Source: a virus
Lineage: Duplodnaviria > Caudoviricetes
Strand: one strand, 5' to 3'
Length of the DNA stretch: 64,000 nt
Virus record (IMG/VR): IMGVR_UViG_2595698832_000001
Location: 118,834-182,833 of that record
Shown piece after piece: positions 23,064 through 33,745 of this stretch. The position numbers were made by a program, and so were the translations under genes. How positions within the stretch are numbered: the stretch's first letter is position 1; each line of letters starts with the position of its first letter. Under the pieces are notes generated by a model. The model had not been told where the DNA came from, ran no database searches, and worked only from the letters and a program-made list of their open reading frames with translations.

Positions 23064-25344
23064 TTAAACTAAAGCTCGGAATCTTTCGAATCCTGTATTT
23101 TAATATTCATTAATTTCAAAATATCACCACCTATTTTTCTTAATTCAATAGGTATCTTACTGAAATTAAAACTTAATAAAATATCAAAAGATTTTTTATA
23201 GTCACATAAAGTCATATTGTTAAAAACGTCTACTTTTAGACAAGCTTTACCAATATGGCTTAATTCTTGATAATCTTTGCCAGGTGGTACGTGAAAATGA
23301 TATAAAAGATTTTTAACAGTTCCCCTCTTATATTCAACATCTCTGTCTTTAGAATCATCAGTATGCTCCTTAGGTCTTTTTTTCTACAGTAGTTTTTAAT
23401 AAATCATAATTAATACAAGCATTATATTTTTTGTTCATAACATAGTAAATTATCTTTTTGGAAAATCTTGCTCTGCCTAACATTTGTAAAGAACTAATAA
23501 CGTCTGTAGAACTCGCACTATCATAATGAAAATGTATATCAACATCATTCAGAATGTTGACTCCCACAGTTAACACTGGAGTGTAAATAAAGACATCACA
23601 ATCTAGTGCTTCTTTAGACCTAATTTTATCATATATAATATTTTTTGATATTGAGCTAGTTTCTTTATTAAAAATAATTATTTTTTTATTTAGTATATAA
23701 CACATTTCTTTAATAATATCAACAACTTTTATACTAGTTGTAGAAATAGTTATTTTTTTATTAGAATCTAAAGCATTTTTAATTAATGTATAAAAGGTAT
23801 TGCTGTCATTGCAACTATAAAGTTCTGTATTATTTTTTGTATAGCTAACAACATTTAAAGGTTTAGTAAACATATTGTCCACAATGTATTTACTTAAAAA
23901 TGCATCAGCTACAACAACTTTTTTATTTAAAGCAGTATAGAATTTTATTAAGTTCTCTGTTTTACTATTCAATGCAGATCTTGTATGCATTAATAAACTC
24001 ATAAACTCATCGAGTATAATTAGGTCGTAGTCATCTAAATCAAAATGTCTAAAACTGTCGTATTGACAAATTAAGGATTTACCTTTTGATCTAACTATTT
24101 TTGGTTTTTTGGTTTTTGTGACAAAACTAGTATTAGCATTATTTAAATTACTAACGTTGTCAACATTACTATAACTTTCAATAAGTCTGATAGCTTCTTC
24201 ACCACTTATGTTGTTAGAATTCTTAGAATCCTTGGCTTTAATAGCATCAGTATAATCTTTATAATATAAAAACTTCTTATATTTTCTTTTGTAATCTTCT
24301 GCTAACGTAACTCTATTGGTTATAATTGCAACCTTAAAATCTCTCTCTAGTGCTGCTTCTATAATTCTATCTATAAAAGTTGTTTTACCCGAACCCATAG
24401 GAGCTCTCAAAGTCAGAGCACCATTATGTTTAAACAAAAAAAGCTTCTACAATTGAATCTAATTCAGACTTAATTTCTGTAAAGTTTCTATCAACTACAA
24501 TATCTGCTTTATAATCTATATAAGGAGTTATATCAAAAGTAGGTTCATATTTTATAGCTTCTTTCCAAATATTTACTGACATATAACTTTCAGTATGATT
24601 CATAATATATGGATTATTTGGGTACCAAATATAATTTTCAGAATCTTTTGTGTATTTTATAGAACCATTAGCATTGATATCTACTAAGATAAAACCCAGG
24701 TTCTTAAAAATTGTTTTGCATATTTCAGTAGTTTCTTTAGAGGTAATATTAAATTTACAATCTAAATCTATGTTATTATAGTAATCTGTAACATTCGTAC
24801 CTATAGGCATTAACATAGAACCGTTTGGGTTATCCAAGAGTATATTATCTTTATTCAAAGGCGCTGTATAATAAGTTATTCTTAATGTATCAGTAGTATA
24901 TTTACCATACTCAGAAAGTTCTTTTTGAATTTTAGCTTGCAAAACTTTTAGTTCTTTTAAGCTCATTGGAGCTGTTTTAATAATACCTTTTAAATTAAAA
25001 TTATTAACACCATCATAAGATCTGGATTGACCGATAGTGCATTGCGTGCTCTTAAAATAGTCTAATGCCATATTTTTATTAAACTCTGATTTGCATTCAA
25101 AATCAAATAATAAATGATCAAATGTTTTAATTATATGAGGTTCTAAATCTGTTTTTAATCTTCTGGATTTGCCAGGTCCTTTTAAGTCTAAGGTAATATT
25201 TAAACAAAAATTATTAACAAGTAGTTGAAATGCTTGGTAAGTCGTTTGGACTTCAATTGTTTCAAAAATAAAAGAATTGTCATCGTATGGTGACTTAGCA
25301 AACTTTTCATTTTTACTTGCAGTTCCAAAGATTGTTATTTTCAT
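23064..25344 (-). CDS. Origin-binding-protein-like (UL9-type) SF2 helicase with an N-terminal extension; frameshifts near 24435 and 23380
   Basis: APMGSGKT, ILDEF, TVGVN and QMLGRAR; the 24430..25344 and 23370..24437 ORFs abut at a homopolymer. Confidence 0.7.
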
Positions 25345-25480
25345 ATTTTATTACCTTAGGTGTTATATATGATTATAATATAGCTGAACTAAAAAGATTC
25401 TTAAAGCCTAAAGATCTTAGCTAAGATCTTTAGACTCAATTTCATTATTAGTAGTGGTTTTAGTGGTTTTAGCCTTCGGC

Positions 25481-26281
25481 TTAGATTCTACAGCTTTTTT
25501 TAGTAGTTTTAGTAGTGCTGGCTTTCTTAGCATCTTTTTTAGCTTGTTCTAACTCAATTTCAGCCCTTTGTAAATCAATAGAATCAAGGTCACCTTCTTT
25601 AATAATATATTCAAGAAACTCTATTCTATAATCTAAATTATCTATGTACTCACAATAAGCATCTGCTTTCATACTTAAACCAAAAACATTAATATGAGTA
25701 GCAATACCACGTTTACACATTTCATAAGCATCGAACCAAAACTCAACACCATCTATTAATAATTCAATTTCTTTCTTGGTAAGATATGGATTTAATAATG
25801 ACTTCATATATTCATTCCAATACTTATTAGAAAAATCAAATTGCGTTTTAACATCCGAATGTTTACCAGAAACTCCAAAACTTACTGAATGGAACATAAT
25901 ACTTGAGTTCTCATAAATTACACGTGAGTTACCAATTAAGAACATCATAGCACCACAAGAATATCCAAATGGGTTTAATACTGTTGTTACATTACCATAG
26001 AACTTTGTTCTAATTATATTTGTAAATCTATTAAGTTCATCAGCAAAACCACCCACACTGGCTATAAAGATTTGTATAGAATCACCTTCATTAGCGTCAT
26101 TAAGATCAGCAAAAATATTTTCTAATTCACCTTCTTCGTGATCAAATGAATTGATATTTAAAGTATAATTAGTATAATTAAAACTTTTTTTGTACAACGA
26201 ATGCCTTGTATCTTTTGTAGATATAATATCCAATTCAGAATCCTCCATTTTTGTTTTATTGTTTGCAGCTTCATATCTCAT
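25481..26281 (-). CDS. ClpP/crotonase-like serine protease family protein
   Basis: IASVGG, GYSCG (Ser), IMFH (His) and EFWFDA; basic tail probably extends past a frameshift. Confidence 0.72.
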   Translation of the reverse strand: MRYEAANNKTKMEDSELDIISTKDTRHSLYKKSFNYTNYTLNINSFDHEEGELENIFADLNDANEGDSIQIFIASVGGFADELNRFTNIIRTKFYGNVTTVLNPFGYSCGAMMFLIGNSRVIYENSSIMFHSVSFGVSGKHSDVKTQFDFSNKYWNEYMKSLLNPYLTKKEIELLIDGVEFWFDAYEMCKRGIATHINVFGLSMKADAYCEYIDNLDYRIEFLEYIIKEGDLDSIDLQRAEIELEQAKKDAKKASTTKTTKKSCRI

Positions 26282-26292
26282 TTTAACTCCTC

Positions 26293-27623
26293 TTAAGCTT
26301 TAGTTAATATGTTCTTAATAGAATCTAAAGATTCGACATAATTTTTAAATGTATCCAGATTTTTTTAATGTTTCAAATTTAGCTTTGATTTCTTTAGCAT
26401 TTTGTACTAATTTTTCAAAAGTTTCGTTTGTAAACGAATGTATTGGTAACTTAAGCAAATAATCATAACTATTCTCAAACTTAATAAACCCTTTACTTTC
26501 AAGATCCAATTCAATATCCTTTTTAGATCTTTTCATAATTTGTAACTCTGAATCAATGATTAATTTAACAAATCTTAATTTTTGAATATTAATATTTAAA
26601 TCATTTTCAAGAACTTTTAAATCAAAATCTTTTTGTTTAACCAAAAATCTTTTTCTAACATCTATGTAATAATCAATTATAGATTCAATATTTTCAAAAG
26701 TTCTGACTTGATTATTTTCATCCAAAGCATTATATATTTCTGTTTCTCTTTTAGATAATTTTAATATATCGATAGCTTTCTCTTTAGAGATATTATCGAA
26801 AAATATAACTTCGAATTTAAATTCTTGGTTTCTTTGGTCTGAAAAGTCTTTATAATTTTTTAATCTTTTTAGTCTCTACAAGATTATCTAATATTTCGAG
26901 ATATTTTGTATACTCGATAAATGGTGGTATTTCTGTTATAATTGCTTTATTTTTATTGACTTCAACAACACCTATAAAGTTCCATTGTGTATTATTAGAA
27001 CTGGTATCTTCTACTAATTCAACAGTCCCTTTAAAACCTGCAATATACGGCTTTAAATCAACTTTATTACCTGTCTTAATATATTTTATTACTGAATCCA
27101 AAGATCTTGGTAAAATATTCTGTTTAAAACCACTAGCAAGACCATTCATTGAACCATTTAAAACTAGTATAGGCAAACTTGGAACATAAAATACTGGTTC
27201 TATTTCTGAACCTTCAAAATTCTGAGAAATCAAGACATCTTTAATATCAAATAAATCATTAATATATTTTTTATTTTTAACATAAACATATCTTGGTGCT
27301 GCTGGCTCATTAATAAACCTCGAACCAAAATTACCTTTACCTTCAAGCAATGGAATATTATTAGAACCAGTATAGCTTGCAGCCATATTTTGAATAACAC
27401 CTGAACACGAACCGTGCAAGTATTGTGTATAACTTTGAACCATATTATCAAATATACTAACTTTAGTTTCTGTATTTAATTTTTTGTCTAATGCTGTGTT
27501 AATGATTTTTCTGCTTGAATTTTTTAAACCATCAATAGAACTAGCTATCATTCTTAAAGTACTATAACAAGAATAATTAGTTAATTCATTTAGAAAATAA
27601 TCTTGAACACTTTTGTGAACCAT
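26293..27623 (-). CDS. gp52: DNA topoisomerase II medium subunit (gp52/GyrA-like); frameshifts near 26855 and 26362
   Basis: IDGLKNSSRK, YLHG, GNFGSR, AAPRY (catalytic Tyr) and ITEIP. Confidence 0.9.
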
Positions 27624-27790
27624 ATATCTCCTTTTAAACTTTAGTGTATTATAATATAAAATATCTTAAAATATTATTAAACTTTTAGATTGATGAATTA
27701 ATAATTGAACAAATTCTTCCTAATAAATTAGAATCATTATTAATTCTTTCTTGGATTCTATTTTCATCTTTAATAATATAACCTTCTTTT

Positions 27791-28417
27791 TTAGTCGTCT
27801 TTGGCTGCTTGTTTAACTGCTTTAATAACTAACCTAGTCTGAACACCTTTTGCTTGATATTCTAATGTATTAAGTTTAAAACGACGTTTAAGATCTTTTA
27901 ATTCTTCTTCATAACTTAATATAATATCAATATATTCAGTTTCTAATTTATAAACATTATTTTCAGAATCGTCAACATCTGGTACCCTTTTGATAGTTCC
28001 CTTGATATCTGGGACTTCGTAACCACTTGGTTTTGATTCTTGTGTTTGATTTGTATGTTCACTAGGTGCTTCTGGTATTAAACTTGGTGCTTCTTCTAAA
28101 TGCATTGTATCCACTAAATCAGGAACTTCAATATCTGATTCATTTTTAATATTTCTGAGATCTATATATTCCTTAAAAGCTTCTGAATCTGAGCTAGCTA
28201 CCATATTTTTGTTATTATTGCTGGTATTACTAACACCTGATTCGATGCTGTTAAGAACATCACCAAAATCATTTAAATCTGCATTTTGCCCGTTTACTCC
28301 ATTAACTTCTATGTTGCTTGCAGGTTTAACAACTAATGGTTCTTGATATTCTATTTCAGGTTTCTTAACAGGTTCTATTGACAAGCTTGCTAACAAATCA
28401 TCAAATTCATCTCTCAT
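27791..28417 (-). CDS. Acidic hypothetical protein (probably extends to ~27675)
   Basis: 208 aa ORF with AGGAGG RBS; stop lies in a homopolymer. Confidence 0.6.
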   Translation of the reverse strand: MRDEFDDLLASLSIEPVKKPEIEYQEPLVVKPASNIEVNGVNGQNADLNDFGDVLNSIESGVSNTSNNNKNMVASSDSEAFKEYIDLRNIKNESDIEVPDLVDTMHLEEAPSLIPEAPSEHTNQTQESKPSGYEVPDIKGTIKRVPDVDDSENNVYKLETEYIDIILSYEEELKDLKRRFKLNTLEYQAKGVQTRLVIKAVKQAAKDD

Positions 28418-28427
28418 TTTTACCTCC

Positions 28428-28857
28428 TTATTTTGAAATATTTGTAATAGCTTCTAAGATTTGTTCATAAGTAGAATCTAAATCTTCAGGTTTGGTTCTA
28501 ATATACATATATTCGGGTGCAAATGCAAAAGATTCGACATTATGTCTTAATACACTATGACTAAAACCAATTACCACTTTTGGGTAATTTGCGTAATCTT
28601 TTTTAATAAAGCTTACAAAATCTGTGTTAATATATATTAATCTATCAATACCACGAACTGCTATGTAATTTTTCTTTGAAGTATTTAGAATTTTGATAGT
28701 TTATATTACTATTATCTACATAATAATAACCACTCATTGCTCCTTTTTTATCTGTGAAAGTATAACACATATTGAAAACTTGTTTGTCTTTCAAAACATT
28801 AATATTACAAACTGCTGATAATTTAACAGTTGTATTTTCGTTAACTTGTATTAACAT
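28428..28857 (-). CDS. Hypothetical protein, frameshifted near 28670
   Basis: AAGGAG RBS; another frame stays open to 28428. Confidence 0.55.
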
Positions 28858-28957
28858 TGTATCTCCTTTTAAAATTAATTCTAAGTTTAAACCTAAAGTA
28901 CATATTTAACACTATAGCAGCAAGTTTAGATCTAAGTTTAAAATTAATCTAAGCCGT

Positions 28958-29052
28958 AAAAAAAGGTTTGAGCTACTAGGAAGCTCTTAGGTCTACAATA
29001 CCCTTATTGTATTTACCGTCACCGTGACTATCAATCCCCTTTTAAACAGCTA
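28958..29052 (-). ncRNA. Putative structured small RNA, copy 1
   Basis: Own TATAAT (29059-29064), three hairpins and a U7 tail; homologous to 47728-47815. Confidence 0.65.
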
Positions 29053-29166
29053 TGTAGAATTATAATATATTTGAACTTAATTCTTGCTGAAATTTTAGAA
29101 CTTTAGTTTAAAATTAAAATATAATATTTTATAATATTTTATAATATTTTATAGTAGTTTAGTTGG

Positions 29167-30585
29167 TTATATATTGTAAGTAAATCTTTTTATTTCATAA
29201 CCTTCAGGTTCATAAGATTTTGTTATTCTAGCATTTATTTGTTTCTTAAAAAAACCATTGTGATCAGCAATATCATATATATTAACAATATCTTTAGAAT
29301 CGTGAAGTCTTAATAATCTACCAATACTTTGAGTTATTGTGACATAACTTTTGAGTGGACTAGCAAGCACTAAATTATGTAAATTCTTAATATTTACTCC
29401 GGTTGAAGTTGTCGCATAATTAGCAACTACGATAGCATTGTTTACTGAATCTATTAATTGTCTAATAGTTTCCCTTTGTGAACCTTCTATCATTCCGTTA
29501 ATAAAAAATACATTATTTCTTTGTTGAAACGCCAAATCTTTATAAGTCTTTTTATCGTAGTTTAATCCTCTGGATTTCAAGAACTTATAAAATAAAGTTA
29601 GACCGTGTTCAGTATGAGAAAATAATACTAAAGTGTTACCTTTGCTGACTACAGTATCGCCTATTCTTTGAATTAAATTATTTCTTGGGTCGTATTCTTT
29701 TAATTGTTTCAATTGGCTTGAATATTCACCTTCAAAATTAAATTTATATTTAAGATCTATTATATTAATAATAGCATTTGTAGCCAGACCTCTATCTATT
29801 AAACCTCTGGGTGTAATATATGTTCTTGGTAAACCAAAAATACTTATTAATCTCATAGCATCTATTTCATTATCTGGAATAGTCCCTGTCAAACCTATCT
29901 TATACTTAGCATTAATACACTTATTGCAAATATCAAATATTTGATCTGCTTTGGCTGTATGTGCTTCATCTACAATAATAAAATCTAAATCATTTAAGGC
30001 TTCTTTAAAGTTTTTAACAGATTGCCAAGTACTAATTGTTAATGGTTTATCAAAAGATTTAATATTATTTTCACCACCTATTAATCTTGTTTCTATATCC
30101 AATTTATAATTTATTAAATCATTATTAAATTGATTTGTTAGTGAAATGTTAGGAACAAGTATCAAACCTTTTAATTTTTTTAATATTAGAATCTTAGCAA
30201 TTAATCCAATAATGACGCTTTTACCAGCACCTGTGGCTGCTCTAATGAATAACTTATGAAATTGCATAGCATCTTTTATAGCTTGTTTTTGATAATCATA
30301 AACTGGAAATGGTTCTAAATGTTTTATAATTATTTCCAATTGCGAATCTAATTTTTCATTAATTTCTGGTTTAGTTGTTATACCCAGGTATTCTAAAACA
30401 CCGTTTGGTACAATTTGTTGGTTGTTGAAATCTTTATAGAAGTATTCATAAGCTAATTTTGGATTCATTTGAGCCCATATATTATAACGAATATCTTTCT
30501 TAAATATTAATTTAGCTTTTTGGTCATCAGTTAAAGATATTAAACTAAATGATTCGTTTAATTTTTTAAAATTATTTTTTAACAT
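29167..30585 (-). CDS. uvsW: UvsW-like SF2 DNA helicase
   Basis: YQKQA, ATGAGKS, DEAH, GLTGT and QSIGRLLR. Confidence 0.92.
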   Translation of the reverse strand: MLKNNFKKLNESFSLISLTDDQKAKLIFKKDIRYNIWAQMNPKLAYEYFYKDFNNQQIVPNGVLEYLGITTKPEINEKLDSQLEIIIKHLEPFPVYDYQKQAIKDAMQFHKLFIRAATGAGKSVIIGLIAKILILKKLKGLILVPNISLTNQFNNDLINYKLDIETRLIGGENNIKSFDKPLTISTWQSVKNFKEALNDLDFIIVDEAHTAKADQIFDICNKCINAKYKIGLTGTIPDNEIDAMRLISIFGLPRTYITPRGLIDRGLATNAIINIIDLKYKFNFEGEYSSQLKQLKEYDPRNNLIQRIGDTVVSKGNTLVLFSHTEHGLTLFYKFLKSRGLNYDKKTYKDLAFQQRNNVFFINGMIEGSQRETIRQLIDSVNNAIVVANYATTSTGVNIKNLHNLVLASPLKSYVTITQSIGRLLRLHDSKDIVNIYDIADHNGFFKKQINARITKSYEPEGYEIKRFTYNI

Positions 30586-31271
30586 TTAGGTTTACCTTTA
30601 AAATCTGGACATAATCCTGCATAAGGACACCAAGGACATAATTTATTTGGTTTGCTATTCCAAGTATTAGATTCAATAGAATTTTCAATAGATTTTATTT
30701 GATTATTAAGATTATCTTGCCAATAAATTGCAGAATCTTGAGACAAACTTAAAGTATTTTCTAAAAGATGTTCAACATAAACATATCTTATTTTTATTTC
30801 ATTTAGTTTAAGTCTTTTAAATATATATAAACTATATAAAATTAATTGTGTAAAATCTTGATAAGATGGTTCTTTATATTTACCTGTTTTATAATCTATA
30901 AGCTCTAATCCATTTTCAGTCGTATTAATTCTATCAATATAGCCTACAAAAATAGCAGTATCTTTGCTACAAGGTTCATAATTAGAATCTAAGAATAATT
31001 CGTATTCCCTTAAAGATTTTCTGGATAGTATTTCTTTTCCTAATTCAGAATCAATAAATCTTAATGCAATATTTTGTATTTCTGGATCTTTTGAATTAAG
31101 AACTTCATTGTATTTTTCAGTGTTATGAAACTCAAGTATTTCGTGTATATCAGAACCTTTTTTTAATGCTGGGTTCTTTTGAGTTTCTGGAACCTTTTCA
31201 ATATATCTATAATAATATTGTTTTGGGCATTTTTTATATGTATCTATTTTCGAAAAACTATATCTTGTCAT
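30579..31271 (-). CDS. Cas4-like / RecB-family PD-(D/E)xK exonuclease with Fe-S Cys motif
   Basis: N-terminal CP, GYIDRI, DYKTG, QLILY and C-terminal CPWCPYAGLC. Confidence 0.85.
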   Translation of the reverse strand: MTRYSFSKIDTYKKCPKQYYYRYIEKVPETQKNPALKKGSDIHEILEFHNTEKYNEVLNSKDPEIQNIALRFIDSELGKEILSRKSLREYELFLDSNYEPCSKDTAIFVGYIDRINTTENGLELIDYKTGKYKEPSYQDFTQLILYSLYIFKRLKLNEIKIRYVYVEHLLENTLSLSQDSAIYWQDNLNNQIKSIENSIESNTWNSKPNKLCPWCPYAGLCPDFKGKPKC

Positions 31272-31957
31272 TTAGAACCTTTGTTTACATTTTACTAGTT
31301 ATATAATAAACACCTTTAATATAAGGCTTGTGAGAATCCCATTCAAACAAGCAATTATCAGATTTAATTAGAACTTTAATTTTAGATTCTTTATGTAGAT
31401 CTTTCAGAACTTGTATCAAGAAATCGGCATCAACACCTTCATCTACGAACATTTTATGAAGAATTTCTTCTTCTATATTAGTTACTTTTAAGATTTTTTA
31501 GAACTTGTTTTTTAATAAAGCTTTTTGAATCCATTTTTACTCCTTTAAATAATCAAAAACAAATGAAGTAATTCTTTGAAACTTGAATTGAATTTAAGCT
31601 AGCAACCTTACTTGATTCTAATTCAGTAGCTTTTAATAATTTTAAAATACTAGGGTCAAATGCAAAAAAATCTTTTTGAATTGTTCGATTTCTATGTGTT
31701 TTAAAATCATAACTTGTTTTATAACCAATATTATATTTTTCACAATATGCAACATTAATTTTAAAATTTTTAATCATATAATTCAATGGTAATTTATTAC
31801 TCCAATCTATTCTGGGTTCATTAAAAATAATTTTCATATTCTTAGTTAAATTAGGAAAGTCTCTGTGAACAAACACACAATTACCTATTCTTACTAAATG
31901 TTTATTAGTAACAGACTCTGGAAATTCTGTATACCATTTTGAAATATTAGTCATACT

Positions 31958-32115
31958 TACCAACTAAACCATTATAAAATATTATAAAGAACTATAAAAT
32001 TCTTTACATTTTTAATAGTTTTTCTTGCTTCATAGTTCTTCTCAGACTTTATCTGAGTTTTCTTAGAACTCCACAAGCTTTGATTTTTTAAAGTGGTTCC
32101 AGCTGTTGTATCCGT
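31958..32115 (-). ncRNA. Putative TnpB omegaRNA scaffold overlapping the tnpB 3' end
   Basis: GCTTGTGGAG...TGAAGCAAGAA motif typical of tnpB 3' ends, with hairpin CTCAGA-TAAAG-TCTGAG. Confidence 0.6.
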
Positions 32116-33289
32116 AGCCACTATTTTATTTAATCCAGTATTTAAAATATTGATACTAGCATTTAAATCTCTATCAATAGAAAACCCACATTCAGAACAA
32201 TGGTAGGTTCGTTCAGAAAGTTTTAAACTTTCTTTAATACATCCACAATTTGAACAAGTTTTAGATGATGGATAATAAGTATCAATCTTAATTAAACAGC
32301 CTTGGTTTTCGGCTACTTTATAACTTATTTTTTCAATAAAAGAACTCCAGCTAACATCAGATATTGCTTTTGAAAGCCTTTTGTTCTTAACCATATTCTT
32401 GACTTTTAAAGTCTCAAGACAAATAGTTCTATACTTATCGGCTATCTCTCTTGAAACTTTATGTTGATAGTCATTTCTTTGATTTTTAACTTTTTTATGT
32501 AAGCTTTGAAATTTTTAATCTTTGTTTTTCTCTATTATTAGAACCCTTTTGTTTTCTACTTAGACTTCTTTGAGAAATCTTAAGTTTTCTTAAAGATTTT
32601 TCAAGAAATCTTTTATTTTCGAATACAACCCCATCACTACAAATAGCAAAGTCTTTGATACCAAGGTCTATACCGACACTTTCTGATGTTTCTTTAGATT
32701 CTATATCTGTATAGAAGGTAAAAGAAATATAGTACTTATTGTCTTCTCTACTTATTGTAAATCCGGTAACTTTTTCAAACTCATACTTGATTTTATGTCT
32801 TTTGAATCTTATTCTAAGATCATCTTCTGCATAATCTGATGCTCGAGGTTTTCTTAAAATAATATAATCTCCTTCTATCTTTGCACCTTTATAACAGTTA
32901 AAACTCTGAGTACTTGATTTCTTAGCTTTGAATTTAGGATAATTAAGAGTTATATAAAAGTTATTAAATGCTCTACTAAGATTCCTCATTATAGCCTGAG
33001 CATAGTCAGCAGGAAATAAAGCTAGATAGCTATATTCTTCTTTTAGTCTCGGAAGTGAATTGTTTAGATCAATCTCTGTAGGAATTTTTGAAACTATATT
33101 ACCTTTATTCTTTCCGTTTTGAATTTCATAAGTTCCAAACTTGGAGTCTTTGATATTATAGAGTGAGATGTTATAAATGGCTCTAGATAATCCAAAGAAT
33201 GATTCAAGTATCTCTTTTTGTTTAGAATTTGGTTTTAATACAAATTTAGCACTTCTGATTGTGCTATAAATATTATCAGTTTTATTCAT
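31972..33289 (-). CDS. tnpB: TnpB RNA-guided endonuclease; one extra base near 32500
   Basis: N-terminal HTH, RuvC GIDLG / ICLETL / DRDLNA all intact, zinc finger CSNC...CSEC. Confidence 0.92.
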
Positions 33290-33611
33290 AACTCTTACTT
33301 ATGTTTAAAATTAGAGATTTAAAAGAACTGCAATTCTTTTACTTCTCGTCTATTATATTTATACTTCAAAACTTTTAATTTCTGAAAATTCTAAAATAAT
33401 TTCTATATTTATTTAGTTTAATATACTTTTAAGCTTAGAAATATATTTAATTTATCCGCTATTTCTGCAGTTAACATATAATCTTTGGTTACGAAGTTCA
33501 TTTTAACCCCAAATAAAATAAGCTGGGTATGCTATCATCATTACTACGGCTACAACTATGTAAACTAAGTCAAATGTAAATCTATTATCACCTAATTTTG
33601 ATTTAAAGTTT

Positions 33612-33674
33612 TTCATTTAATCTCCTTTATCTTTTGATGAAATAATTATAATATAAAATAACTTAAAAGTTTCT
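33612..33674 (-). promoter_or_regulatory. Duplicated promoter-RBS cassette
   Basis: Near-identical to 39641-39703. Confidence 0.75.
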
Positions 33675-33745
33675 TAAATAATCTAAATACTAAATATCGA
33701 AGTTAATTAAGATAATAAATAACCTAAAAATACATAGAGGCCAAA

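Larger units (their letters stand above)
31958..33441 (-). mobile_element. TnpB-only IS200/IS605/IS607-superfamily element with no transposase
   Basis: Boundaries inferred from the interrupted ORF; TA at both junctions; contains only tnpB, an upstream hairpin and the omegaRNA-like 3' end. Confidence 0.72.
31553..33501 (-). pseudogene. HTH-domain gene interrupted by the TnpB element (5' part 33501-33442, 3' part 31957-31553)
   Basis: Removing 31958-33441 gives in-frame MNFVTKDYMLTAEIADKLNI-SMTNISKWYTEF... Confidence 0.65.

Noticed and set aside
33290-33441. TnpB element as an IStron that splices out of the HTH gene
   Set aside because: Only about 150 AT-rich bases precede tnpB and I see no group I intron core.
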